64,000 bases of DNA, from contig MU008201.1 in assembly GCA_010909165.1 (NCBI GenBank), positions 62,001 through 126,000 of the forward strand. Direction: 5' to 3'. The notes under the pieces are model-generated. The model saw only the letters and a list, made by a program, of their open reading frames with translations, ran no database searches and had not been told where the DNA came from. How positions within the stretch are numbered: position 1 is the first letter of the stretch; each line of letters starts with the position of its first letter. This document shows positions 47,851-59,948 of this stretch, in pieces. A program made the translations under genes and the position numbers. The stretch is from Anthoceros angustus. Taxonomy: Eukaryota > Plantae > Anthocerotophyta.

Positions 47851-49186
47851 ACAGGCTTTTCACATTGGTAGCAGTCTCTCATGGCCCACATTGTCCGCTG
47901 CAGGGGCCCAGAGTTGTTGCATGCATAGCCCAGCCAGGTTGGAGCATGTACCGGCACCAGCAATGTCTCCCATGTGTGACGCATAAGTGGGGCACACCAT
48001 ACGCATTGCACACCGTGCTGTGCCCCAGATTGTACACATCATCAAGTGGTGGAAGAAACAGGCTCCTGTCTTCATCCGATCGGGCTGTGTGACTTAGATG
48101 GGCCCGTGCCCGGGCCAACCACCTGTCTGATGACCCCAGCGATATGCATCACCATTACCTAGGTCGACCCTGACCTGGCAATGGCTCCCCAGATTCTTCC
48201 CGGCGTTCGGATAATGGTGCGGCACTGCTGAGCCAGGTGACCCAGGTCAATGGATATGCTTGCCGGAATCCTCTGGACAAAACATTCATCACTGTCGCCA
48301 CCTTTGTGAGCTGGCCCAGAATTTCACTGAACAGGATCACATGGCAACACAAACCGTGGATGATTTTAGAGACAACCCCAAATCGTGACGGCAGCAAAAT
48401 CGCTGTAACGCAGAGGATATCCAAAGAATGTTTGTACCAAGTAGGCGCACTTGAGCTACAGGCAAATTGGCACATTCGAAGGAAGCGTATACATTCCAAT
48501 GTTGCGGCAACGCCAATGTACATCAGCGTCGCCGTCTGCAACTTCACCAGTCGGATAGAAGGTAGTCAGTATCATCCGAAGGCTGTATCCTCCACAAACA
48601 ATTCCTTGTCCAGTCAAAGACGAATGCAGATAAGTCGAGGGAGGTTACACAAGTTGGTACGTGGATTTGCAGATTACGAGAGTGAGAAGACGGTGAAAGA
48701 GAAGCGCGGAAAGAAGATTGGATGCTTTCCCCATCTCCCAAGCACACGACGCACGATTTTTAAGATAACGACAGTTGGAAGTGTAGACATCGGATAATAA
48801 TACGAGACACCAAAGTGTCAAGAATCGAGCTCGTGAACATTCAATGAAAAAGACATTCAATGAGCCTGCAACGGAACTAAATTTTACAATGCGACTCAAG
48901 CGGAATCCCGCAAGAGTGGAAACCTTGCCTACAGCCATCGCCAATGACACGAAGGTTATTCATCCAGGCTACATCGCTCCTACAGCCGGTATCCGCTACA
49001 GACTGCACAAAAAACAGGCCCGTCCTAAGCACTAACTAGCTCTCGAACCTCTACCCTGAGAGATCTAGGCAAAGACGAACCTTATTCAGGGTAGGGACCA
49101 AGCCGGCGTCCCAAGCACGAGCTGCCTCCGCAAAACCAGCGCTGCAAAAGAAGGAGCTGCACAACAAATCACAAACCACAAGCGAT

Positions 49187-49939
49187 CTAGTATTCGCCAG
49201 CGGGAGTCGGGTGGCCGTGGTGGGGCGGGGGGGCCAAGAAGATCTCGTCGTACAAGATGGCAGCAATACCACCTCCCACCAGGGGGCCGATCCAGTACAC
49301 GTAGTGGTCGGTGAAGTCCCAGGCAGCGAAGGCGGGGCCGAAGGAGCGAGCCGGGTTGAGGGAGGCACCGGTGTAAGGAACACCGACGAAGTGAGCAATC
49401 AAGACAGTGAACCCGATGGCCAGAGGCGCGATGGGAGACTTGGCATCAACGGCGGTGGCGAAGATGACAAACACCAAGGAGAAAGTGAGCACAGCCTCGA
49501 GGATCAGCCCGCCCCAGACGCCCTCCGCCGCGGACAAAGTGTGGATCGGGAGCACGGCGTGCGGGAGCACGAATTTGAGCAGGTAGGAAGCAGCAGCAGC
49601 GCCGACGAGCTGCCCGATCCAGTACAGAAGGCCGCGGAGGATGGTGATCTTGCCGACGATGGCGAGCCCGAAGGTGACGGCCGGGTTCACATGTCCGCCA
49701 GAGATGCCGGCCGTGGCAGCCACGGTGATGAAGATGGCAATGCCGTGTGCCAGGGCGATGACGGTGAGACCGGCGGCATCCAGCTCTCCCTCGTGGATGG
49801 AGTTGTAGGAGATGACACTTCCCACGCCGATGAAGACGAAGAGGAAGGTGGCGATCAGCTCGGCGAACGACGCCTTGAGGCCGTCCACGCTAGTCACCTC
49901 ATCGCTCCTTCCCACGGCTACCTTGTTTCCGATCGCCAT
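49187..49939 (-). CDS. TIP: TIP-like aquaporin, intronless, 250 aa, ar/R filter H-H-A-R
   Basis: Two NPA boxes (SGGHVNPAVT, GASLNPARSFGP), AEF-like AELIATFLFVF, and TIP-type termini (KVAVGRSDE...; YWIGPLVGGG...GEY*). Confidence 0.93.
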   Translation of the reverse strand: MAIGNKVAVGRSDEVTSVDGLKASFAELIATFLFVFIGVGSVISYNSIHEGELDAAGLTVIALAHGIAIFITVAATAGISGGHVNPAVTFGLAIVGKITILRGLLYWIGQLVGAAAASYLLKFVLPHAVLPIHTLSAAEGVWGGLILEAVLTFSLVFVIFATAVDAKSPIAPLAIGFTVLIAHFVGVPYTGASLNPARSFGPAFAAWDFTDHYVYWIGPLVGGGIAAILYDEIFLAPPPHHGHPTPAGEY

Positions 49940-50459
49940 CGATGCTGCTGTGCTTGCTCGAGCTGGGCTCGCGCGGAGCGTGAGACCGGGGAGCAGAGCG
50001 GGCAAAGGAGCCGGGGTTGGTGAGCTCTGGAGCTGCGACGTCCAAATGAGGAGAAGATGCCGGTTTTGAGAGCTTCCCGGCGCGTGTTTGCCAACTCAGC
50101 AGCCCAAATAATGGAGCCCACGTCAGCCCCCGCGGTTCGAATATGCCAGGGTGCGCTGCACCTGGCTGTCCATTGAGGCTGGCCTGCTTTCCTATCCGCT
50201 CTCCGCCATGTGCCTCCTCTGCTGTTTTTGAGCTGCCTGCCGCTCCATGTGTAGATCGATTCATTCGCAGCAGTGTGCCCTTTTGTGTTTCAAAAGCTTT
50301 CACAAATCAATAATGTAATGGTTTAACACAATGCCTAGTAGGTTACCAAACGTCCAGGTTATGTTGTCCGATCATCCTCTCCTTCTCCGGTTCTTCTCTT
50401 GCACCTGGGATAGTTCGACAAGCAAGTCATCCTAGGCCCTACAGGCTTTTGAGTGTCTA

Positions 50460-51500
50460 GCAGTAATTTAGCACATCACAGCCATCTTACCAGGGGCTTA
50501 CGGTGGAACAGGTCTGGTCTGCATGGAGGAATCCACACCTCCTAAGTTTTTGGGTAGGTGAGCTTGGTCTGCCTTTGCTCTGGCTTCCCAGCTCTTGCTT
50601 CACGATAAGCTCTTTTTGCAGGACTTTGTATTCGGAGTCCTCCTCAATGGAAGCATGGTAGCTCTTCCCTCCTTTCATGATCTTCCTTTTCGAAAGTTTT
50701 AGGGGGTTGCAAGCATTCTTGTCGGACAAACAACCCTCGGCCAAACTTTCCAGTCCATCCTTTTGTAGCCTTCTATTCTAAGGCCCACATGAACCCATCT
50801 TCACTCTTGTTTTGGGAAGGTTGTAAGAGCCTAACTATTGGCTCATTCTTGCATGTAGGGCTTTCACAATGCTTTCACATCACACTTATAACCTTTACTA
50901 CAACCATGCGCTTCCGTTTGGGTTTGATTCAGTGAGTGGCTTCCTATGTGAATGTGGCTCTGCCCTGGACCCAAGAGGGACACATCTTGCTCGTTGTCCC
51001 AATGGAAATCAAACGTATCGTCACCTATGATGCTATTTGTGATGTTTAATTTGCAATGGCTCATGAAAGTGGTTACATAGCTTTGAGGGAGGTTTGATAT
51101 CCTTTGCATAGAGGTCGACCCTACACAGAAATCTATCTTTGAATAGGCTATCCCAAACTGTCTAGGTCGGACGGAAGCTAGAGCGGCGGCTTCCTTAATG
51201 TTACAAAGTATTCAATCTCCCTAGTTTTGACGTTATAGGTGCTGTATGTGACTTTAGATATAGAGCTTAGTTGCTCCTTCTTTAATGTGACCCTTGAGAT
51301 ATCCCTTTGATGTCCTTTAGTAGATGGGTTGAGCGGCGGCTTCCTTAATGTTATGAAGTATTCAATCTCCCTAGTTTTGATGTTATAGGTGCTGTATGTG
51401 ACTTTAGACATAGGGCTTAGTTGCTCCTTCTTTAATGTGACACTTGAGATCTCCCTTTGATGTCCTTTAGTGGATGGGTTCACCCATCTTCTCTTTCTTA
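50460..51500 (+). mobile_element. Highly degenerate copy of the same CRE-type retrotransposon family (3' part), with a 150-bp internal duplication at 51181-51480
   Basis: TTTTAGGGGGTTGCAAGCAT...GCCAAACTTTCCAGTCC...CTCTTGTTTTGGGAAGG aligns with 37826-37945. GTGACTTTAG...AGCTTAGTTGCTCCT aligns with the CRE 3'UTR. Ends with the GATGGG-TTCA-CCCATC hairpin. Confidence 0.7.
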
Positions 51501-53337
51501 AATGATTTCTTCTCCCATGTCCTTCTTGCCTGTGTAAATGATTTCTTCTCCCATGTCCTTCTTGCTTACTTAAATGATTTTATGGACTAAGAGCAAGTAA
51601 TGCTCTCCCAATGAAGGATTGGACACAAGTTCGCAGAATGGATAGATTTGTGATGGGAGCTTCTTGGACTTCAGGGTGGATTGCTGAAGGGGATAGAACC
51701 TCATGGAAGGTTCTTTGATACTCCTTTGAATCCAATCACACCTTGCAGTCTCTTCCATGTTATTGTGTATTTAATAACGTGTAAACTACGGAGGGATACA
51801 TGAGAACGAAGCTGATGCAGAAAAGGTGGATGGAGTCTTGAAATGAATGAAAGGACCACGAGATTCAAGGCATTGATAGGCTCTCTAATGATGGTGCGTG
51901 GCGTGGCGCTGGCGTGTAAGGGATATGGGCTAATATCTGACCGCTTCTGACGACATGGACGGTGGCGCGGCATTTGGTGCAGTCTACGCACCGCTGTCCT
52001 TACATGGGGCCCACCACGTAGGACGGTCGTGGGCCTATCCGTCCGCCGCGTAAGAATCGCGTTGGGGAGTAGGGCCCGGGCCCGGGCCCCGGCGCCACGG
52101 GACCAGGCTGGGCCCAGTGCACACGGCCGTGAGTCCGCGCTTCGAAGGCTGGAGCGGAGACGCAAGTGTCGTGGTTGTTCGGATATCCCGATAGGTCAGC
52201 ATCTACTGAGGTGTGTTTGTGCGGTCGGCCATGGAGTGTCGATTCCTTGCGTTCTCGGGTTCTCGGGTTCTCGGGAGGACACCATCTTGTGCAGCTTCAG
52301 CTGTTGATGAAGCTGCACAGAACTACATATGTTGTACATGTTGCTGCCGTCGGCCATCCGGAGTTGTCGATTCCTTTGCTCTCCTGGAAGGACAGTAGCA
52401 GCTGAGCCGCACTAGGGTATGCTCTACACTTATGGAGCATGTACTTCTGTACTGCTGGTGTAGATGCTGTGTAGAAATGCTTCCAAGGGAGACCTCGAGG
52501 TGTGAGACCTTGCACGGTAAGCTGCTGCTGGACGCTATTGCCGTGGCTTCATGAGACGAGTTATTTCCACCAGATGGTAACTGCAAGCTGGACGGTGGGT
52601 GTGTGCATGTGATGAGAGGGAGATTCCAGGGCTCTCTCCGGATCGAGACTTCTGACAGGAAGCAGCTCTCGTACCGTGAAAAGCTATCCGTCTTTCTTTC
52701 TGGTGCCTTCTAGCCCACCGCCCACCTATTTTGACAGAGCGGCTGGCATCTCATGGGGTTGGACGGTGTTGCTAGGCCCGAGGCTGGGGCTGGCCGTACA
52801 GCGGTCGTTTCGAAGAATATTATTAAGTAACAACGCGACCTGCTTCAAAGCCCTTCAGGTCGCTCTGCCTGGTGTGGAACCCCTCATTCAATGACAAACA
52901 AGATCGCCTCTCATCCGGGTTTACAGTATTTGGAACACGCGGTCGAAGCAAGATCCAGTTCAGACACTGATGAGGGTAGGCATCTGTGTACGTGCTGAGA
53001 GCGCAGGAATTTCCTACCCGGCCTGCTTCCAATCCTCTGCACGCTAGGCCTTGAGTAAATAATATCCCACAGTTCAATCACACACAGGTGCTGATTACAG
53101 CACGACAACCTTCTCCTCGCGGGGCATGCACCGCCGTCCTATCGATGCGCACAGTAGGGTTCCAACTGCAGCCACCTGATGCTGATATCCCTCCCCGCAA
53201 TTCGGGAGACTTGTCACAGCGAAAATTTGCTGTCAAAATTCGTAGAACGGTTGTCCCACCCACCTAGGTGTGACTGTAACGGGGAACTGGGCTGCCCCTG
53301 TATTTACTCAGGCCTGGAGTCTCTCTGCCTACGTAAC

Positions 53338-56300
53338 TTAAGCGTACCCCTGCATCCGCAAGTGGCACAGTTCCAGAGATCAGGATTCTCCACAGGCAAG
53401 AGTGCTGGTTAGGCAGGCAGAGCGTACGTACCAGAATCCGTGGCATCGAAACAAGTAAACAGGACAGGCCGTATAGACCAGCGGCAATCCCCACTCCTGC
53501 TCCGAAGATGTGCAGTAGTCGTGTGTTATCCTGGTTGGGTACAAAGACTGATTTCAACTTGTTGGTCAGCTCGAACAGTCGGTATGAGACCTGCCGGCAA
53601 GCAAGTGCCTTGTTATTCCTTGCTCAACAACACCCAGAAAATATGGGTGCTTTCCATGCCTGTTCCTCTTCCCCTCTTGGCATAAACTATACATTTCAGG
53701 AGCTGCAAGAAGGCGGCACAACGAGAACGCAGAATTGGGATATGAACTTACCAATATGTAAATTGTCGATGCCAACATCAAGTTCAACATAGGGTAGTTC
53801 GGAATGAATGACAATAACAACGCCGGTTGACCATCTGGTACACTGCTTCTGTAATACACCAGAGGTAAATACGTAAGAACCCCGGAGATGTAATCGATAC
53901 CTGAAAGGTCACGCATCAACCAGGTCATGAAGCCATGCCTGAGCCAAATGTGGAACTGTGCAATGTACGTTTCCAAAGTGAGCTTGCCCAGCCATCTGAG
54001 ACAAGAGCAAGTTGGAAACAGCTCAGAATACGGAAGCTCATGACACCAGGGCATGGCAGAACAACAAAGCCTGTCAGACAATAACTTTAGATGTAAATGT
54101 ACTTCAGTTATGGCTTACGCAAAAAGGGCAAGCGACCAGTTCCGTAGTGGCTGCGTGAAGTTGCGAAGCCCAATGTATACTCTGGAAGTTGGCAGAACAT
54201 TGTCAGGATATACTAGAGAGACGATGACTGTCAACGAAAAAGACACACATAAACTTCACATACGTGATGGGTATCCACGATGTGTAAGGATGCAGCTTAT
54301 TGTAGCTGACTTTGTCCAGTTTGTAGATATGAACATACCAGAAGTGTCCTACCTGCCATTCGAAGCTTACTGTCAGTATTAAAATCACCGAATTCATTAC
54401 ATAAGGGATTACTCATTAGGCGTTCATTTATCAGAGCATCAAGTGACTTGTGCCTTACCGTCACGCAAGTCACAACGATAGTTGTCTTGATTGCAACTCG
54501 TGCCCGAACCTCTAATCCTTCAAGTTTTTCCAGCCATCTCTCAACCTGTTGCAAATCATGAGCACGTGACAAAACTATAGGACATGCAACAACTCAAGAA
54601 CCTTGTGACCACCTCTGATCACACCACCTGAGGATGGCAAGCGGTATGAAGAGGAAGAGTTTGCCAAGGCTTACCGTTGGATGGAAGTATGCATAGATCA
54701 TGCCAATTATCCAAACATAGCGATCAAGCCCTGATCTGAAGTGCCACTCATGGAGGGCCGGCATTTTTGGCTTGTTGGGATTTGGATCAGCATATCCTGT
54801 TAACAAGGACCAAGTCTCCCGCATTACCATCTGTGAAAGGATGCAGCAACAGCAATTTTCACCAAGGATCGCCGAGCACAGGATCTCTACAGCTTACCCA
54901 TAAGGAAAGTCAGAGGTCCCCAAATAAGCTCAAAGACTCCGGGGATCTCCCATACGACGAAGACCACAGCAAAGCAAGCAGCGATTTTTCCGGCAATTAC
55001 AGCTGGCACTTCATTGTACTTGTGGAAAGCCGCGAGAGCACAGTAAACCATCACCGTGAACAGAGTGTGCATCGGGCAAATGTAGTAAAGCATGTAGCTG
55101 TTGTTCAGCACGATACAGCAGAAAATGACGAGAAAATTGAGTCGCCACATCATCTGCAAAACGAACTCAAAAGAACTTCAGGCAGAGACACGAAAGACAA
55201 CAGACACCATGTGGTACATGGCTACACTCTGAAAATTGCCTGTAAAGTGTCAGTACCTGGAAAAAGCGCCCAAGACTGAAGTCTTTCCGCACATAATAAT
55301 ACGAAAAGTTGCCAAACCCAGTCATCCACACATAAGCTGCTATGAACACTCTAATTGCATTGTAAATCTCCGTTGCTGCAAAGTAGTGATACATCAAAAA
55401 CAAGACCTGAAACGACAAGAGCCCATAGTGTTAGGTGCTCCGCCACTTGGGCAGACCGCTGGTACCAGATGGCTTGCAAACCCTTGGCCACGCACTGGAA
55501 GATGATGACAGGAAAGAAGACACTCCAGCAACTGCATTAAGCTCTCACCTGCATCCAACCTTTCCATTCTTCGGTCTGATGTCTGTTCAGGTACAGAATA
55601 GACTTGCCAGACGCCACAGACTTCTCAACATGCTGTTTTAGAGAGGTCAAGGCCGACACTATGACAAGCAGGAGGTACAAGAACAGAAATAAATCTCGAT
55701 TGTAGTTCTGCACACGTAGAAAAGAGGCCACTGTGAGAAACATCCAGTTCTTCCTTCCTCGCATATCTCCAATGTTCCAAAGCAACTGGGTCCAAACCCT
55801 AGGATGACACTTGCTCCAGGAGACATTTGCAAGAGCTGAGCACCTTTCTTGACTCGCCAAATACTTGCGTCCTGTCGCAGATGTAGAAATAGGAAAGAAG
55901 ACCTACAAATTCGGCACTGCCAGGAGAGTGGAGGGCTCAATTACTGCTGCGAATGAAAGACAGCAGCTGAGACTGGATTTGGACGGATAGACTCACATGG
56001 CCCTTAGGGTCGGGCGACTTTCCACCAGAAATGCCCCATCCATGGTTAAAAACCTACAGAGAAGGACAATCAATCTCGTAAATAGGTGTCCAATTCAGCA
56101 GAACACATCTACCCAACCACATTCTCCTGGCAATTACACTCCAGCCCTCTGACTGCTCGGAATTGAGTCATAGAAAAGTGGCATTTGCTCATCGCAGATA
56201 CAAAGGACAAGCTTGATTTAAAATAGCAGACATACTTCAGCAGCTGTGACTTCACTGATGGAATAGTAACCTTCGTCGCTCCCAGTGGCAAGTCGACGTC

Positions 56301-56757
56301 AAGAAGCACCGCCCTCTCATCATCCTTCGCTGAGCCACCATCCAACTCGGACAGATTGATATCCGAGTGCCTGCGTTGAAATGAAAGATTGTAACTCCTC
56401 CGCATCAAACGGTAGCCCGTTACGAAACAGCGCTCACAAGCCACGCTTACACTTTGACAGAAGCTCGGTGCCGTCTGAAGGCAAGGAATTCCGAATAGAT
56501 CCAGACGAACAGCAGAGGCATAGCTCCGAGGAAGAAAGCAAACTGCCAGAAACACCGAACCAGATTACCATCCCGGACAGGAGCATCCGCGATCATCTGA
56601 ACTCAATTTCCAAGAAAACATCCCAAATGTGACCGGCAGAGCCTGCCACTCCGGTCTTGACCCGCCACTGCACATTACTCAGATCTTGCACCGCAGCAAC
56701 ATCGGATTGCATCCGATCAGAGCTACCACAGACCTGGCCAACTCCGTGTCCAGCCAT
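53338..56757 (-). CDS. RWA: REDUCED WALL ACETYLATION / Cas1p-like O-acetyltransferase, multi-exon (last exon uncertain)
   Basis: MAGHGVGQ|[86 protein letters not shown] and [19 protein letters not shown]. Confidence 0.93.
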
Positions 56758-58736
56758 CTTGCTCGCGCCACCAAGGGGCCTTGCAACAATCGGTGCTCAG
56801 TTCCGCCGCCTTTGCAGCTTCACAGGCCGAGCATCCTGTGGAGTCTAGCATTCACACGCCAGCGTGCCAACCAGATGGAGGTCTCCCAGTTCGCGACAGA
56901 TCAGACTTGGCTCCTTCATTCCGGCAGCAGCATCGGCGGGAGCAGGCCAGGCGTGGGAGGAGATCGGCGGGTGGAAGAGATGGTTTGCCTCGTGGGTGAG
57001 ACGGAAAGGAACATCCCATAGCCCTGACAATACCACCTTCGTCAATGCGAATTCCGGAGACCATGTGGAAACCGTGTTACACAGCAAGGCAGGCTCCGAT
57101 GGGTTCTCACTCCTTGAACGTTCAGTAAAGACGCTTCACGCAACCCAGCGACCCAGCCCTAATGGCCGCAAACTAAGCTATGTATGCATCTACTAACGGA
57201 ACACCCCAGCAAGACGGGCCGCTCCCTACACAGCGGGAGATCGTAGCTCGGGCCTCGGTCACATGGAACATGTGGAGTACATCGTTTTCTTTTATACACA
57301 AATCCTCTCGATCTGTTGGGTTCCTTCTCGGAAGGAGAACATGTACCTAGTTGTTCTCGTAGTGCCAGCGATCGTTTCTCACTACACAAAGATGCATAGG
57401 ACTTCATGTCGTCAAGGTGTCGATTTTCATTGTGGGAGCACGTGTGTGGACAAGTTAGCAACTTGGATCTATTGTTATTATTAATATAGATTTTTATAAA
57501 TTAATAATTTTATTCTATTATACAGCAATGTAAGCAAGTGAAAAATAACTACTTACATAATAACCTTAATGAGAACACTTTATTTTCTTGCAGTCTCATC
57601 TTAAGAAAACTAACATCTGCTATTAAATATATCAGGGTATGGAGAATATTACGATATGTAAATATGACATGATGGAGTCAAAGTGATCTTGTACTATTTA
57701 TCCTTACATATATATTTATGATATACTTAATAATTATGATATCCATATGATTGGGAGTATGAGTATGGGCTGGAACCGGAACTCTCATGGCATGGAGTTA
57801 TGCCTTTGCAATGCTTTGGGGAGGGAAGGCGTTACATGTGCTTTCATAGTAGCTTGTGGCCGCTCTCATGATGAGTTAAGAACCCAACATCATCTTGTGC
57901 TCGCCATTGAGCTCGCATTGTGTTCTTGTGCTTGAAATTTAGGGGTTTGTGGCTAGGGACCATTTCATGGTTTATGGTTTTTAAGGTTCATGTGAGGACA
58001 TTCTGTTCTTGATTTCTGATGACAAAGTTCGAGTATGCATGATGATAATTTGACAAATAATACAATGAATTTTTCTAGAGTGTTGCTCATGGCTACTGCA
58101 GTAGTCTGGCTTTCGGAGGATATAGGAGCTCGTACGGTTCCAGGGTTTAGTGGCTGCGGTAGGAAAGGTTGGCGTGGAAAGGGGCAGAGTTGTAGGAAGG
58201 TCTTGTGCATCGTCCAAGGGCACATCTTCAGTCCACCTAGAGAGTTGGGTGTGTGAATCCACAAATTCCTGAATTGAATTGAATTCAGCCTACAGCAGAC
58301 CCTAACCTCGGCGCTCTCATTGAGGGCAAGCCTCTAAGCCATGCAAATGGTCCACGTCCGGGATTGGTAGGCGCTCTAAAGGGTCCTACTATATAACTGC
58401 ATAGTCTATGTGACAAGGTGGTGACCGGGCCGCTGGGGTGCCCGGTCACTCCACTTCATGCTAAGAAGTTATACATTACGGCTTTTAAGGGATTACCTAG
58501 TACATGTAATGCTAGAAAAAGTTAAAGTGAAAAAGCGCGAAAATGAAGTTTGAAAGAAAATTGACGTACGACTTTGAAGCTTTTTGATTGGTACCTATTC
58601 CTTCTCCTCTACGACCTCCGAAGGTGTGCGCAGATGGTTCTCATCTTGGGTAGATAAATCCTCAATGCTCAATGACTTAGCAAGACTTAGCAGCAAAAAA
58701 ATCCTAAGACTCTGAAAGGGAGTACTAGAACCAAAC

Positions 58737-59606
58737 CTGCCTGATCCCAGTCATACTCAGCCGATCATCCTCTCCTAAAAGAGAAACTGCACCAACAACC
58801 ATGTTGGCAAAGCAATCCTTCTCCCCACCAACAAGCTTCAAGCTTAGAGTTGTAACAATACATTTTCGAATCAATGATTTCTACTCATTCAGGCTCGTCC
58901 CTTTCTATACTCATAGCCAGCTCTCTTGACTTCTGAACAGCCTGTAACATCACTACTCTAGCGTCTGTTAAAAAATGATCTACAACCTTTCACAACAATG
59001 ATATAATTACGCGTGAACCACTGGCAACCGCACCAGATTTGCAACTGTTCGAAAATCCGTATGACGAGCTGAGGGTGGACACCATTCTCCACAAACGACT
59101 TTGCTCCATTCAGAAACTCACCAGCGATCAACATTACAGTCCATGTTTGGTTGCCATCCTACACAAAAAAGCCATTAGGATCAAAAAGTACGTCAATTGT
59201 CCAAAAGACATAATTGTAGACTAGAACAGAGTCCAAACACATCAACCGACTTTCAACCTTCCATTGAACAACAAGTAGCAAGACGGATGCCACAAAGCAG
59301 CTGCTGCTATCCACCACTCACCTCTGCTCGTGTGATTATGCAATGTCCACAAGAATCTTGTTTGCCGGATTAACGATATTCAGCAGCTTCGTGATCGTGG
59401 CCATATCATTGGACATAGTCATGTCCGGGCCCCGTAATCGTTGTCCCCTCATAGACTTGAATTACGTTGTTCACGCCCCGGGGCCCGAGAATGGACAGAA
59501 ACAAATCAATACCTCCAACACCAGCATTGATACCGCTTATCAGCTGGCGCTTGCCTTGCCAAGTCTCCGTCCCCTCCTTTAGCAATATGATCTGCGCCAT
59601 CGCCAC
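58737..59606 (-). pseudogene. CCT7: 5' fragment of chaperonin CCT7 (TCP-1 eta) with introns retained, frameshifts and stops
   Basis: QIILLKEGTETWQGKRQLISGINA...LGPRG; SNDMATITKLLNIVNPANKILVDIA*; AGEFLNGAKSFVENGVHPQ; TTLSLKLVGGEKDCFANMVVGAV...DDRLSMTGIRQ|GT. The match ends after three exons. Confidence 0.85.
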
Positions 59607-59948
59607 TCACGTCGGCGCCCTCCTCTTCAGCTGCGTGAAGTGTTTCAAACAGCAGGTATCTCGAGGCCTGGTGACAGACAGATCACGCCATCCGATTCGG
59701 CTTCACCAGGCAGAAGGAAATGAAGGACGTGCCTGGACAAGCTAGCTTCACCAGTGGTTAGTACGCCCTTTTTCATTCCAGACTATGACATCTTGGGAGG
59801 GTAGGTAGCTTCAAAGTAGACTTTCGGGGCCTAGTCCCATGACCTGGGCCTCTACAGGGCTGTTCCCCATCGCCCCAATGTGGAAGGGACTTTCCATCTC
59901 TCCATATTTGTGGAGTCTACACGTTCCAATTGAATAGGTGCCAATCTA

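Noticed and set aside
48100-48800. CTGATGA at ~48129 (hammerhead or box C/D candidate) and a 186-aa ORF
   Set aside because: No matching GAAA core or terminal stem was found, and the ORF has no recognisable features.
49211-50023. 270-aa plus-strand ORF antisense to the aquaporin
   Set aside because: It mirrors the GC-rich codon usage of the aquaporin and has no recognisable motif.
51178-51483. 101-aa ORF with a 50-aa repeat
   Set aside because: It is the antisense reading of the 150-bp duplication in a decayed CRE 3' end.
52308-52328. TGAAGCTGC similarity to miR167
   Set aside because: Only the first 9 nt match and the hairpin is too short for a pre-miRNA.
58423-58470. GC hairpin as a Helitron 3' end
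   Set aside because: The nearest CTRR is followed by G, not T, and no 5' TC end was identified.
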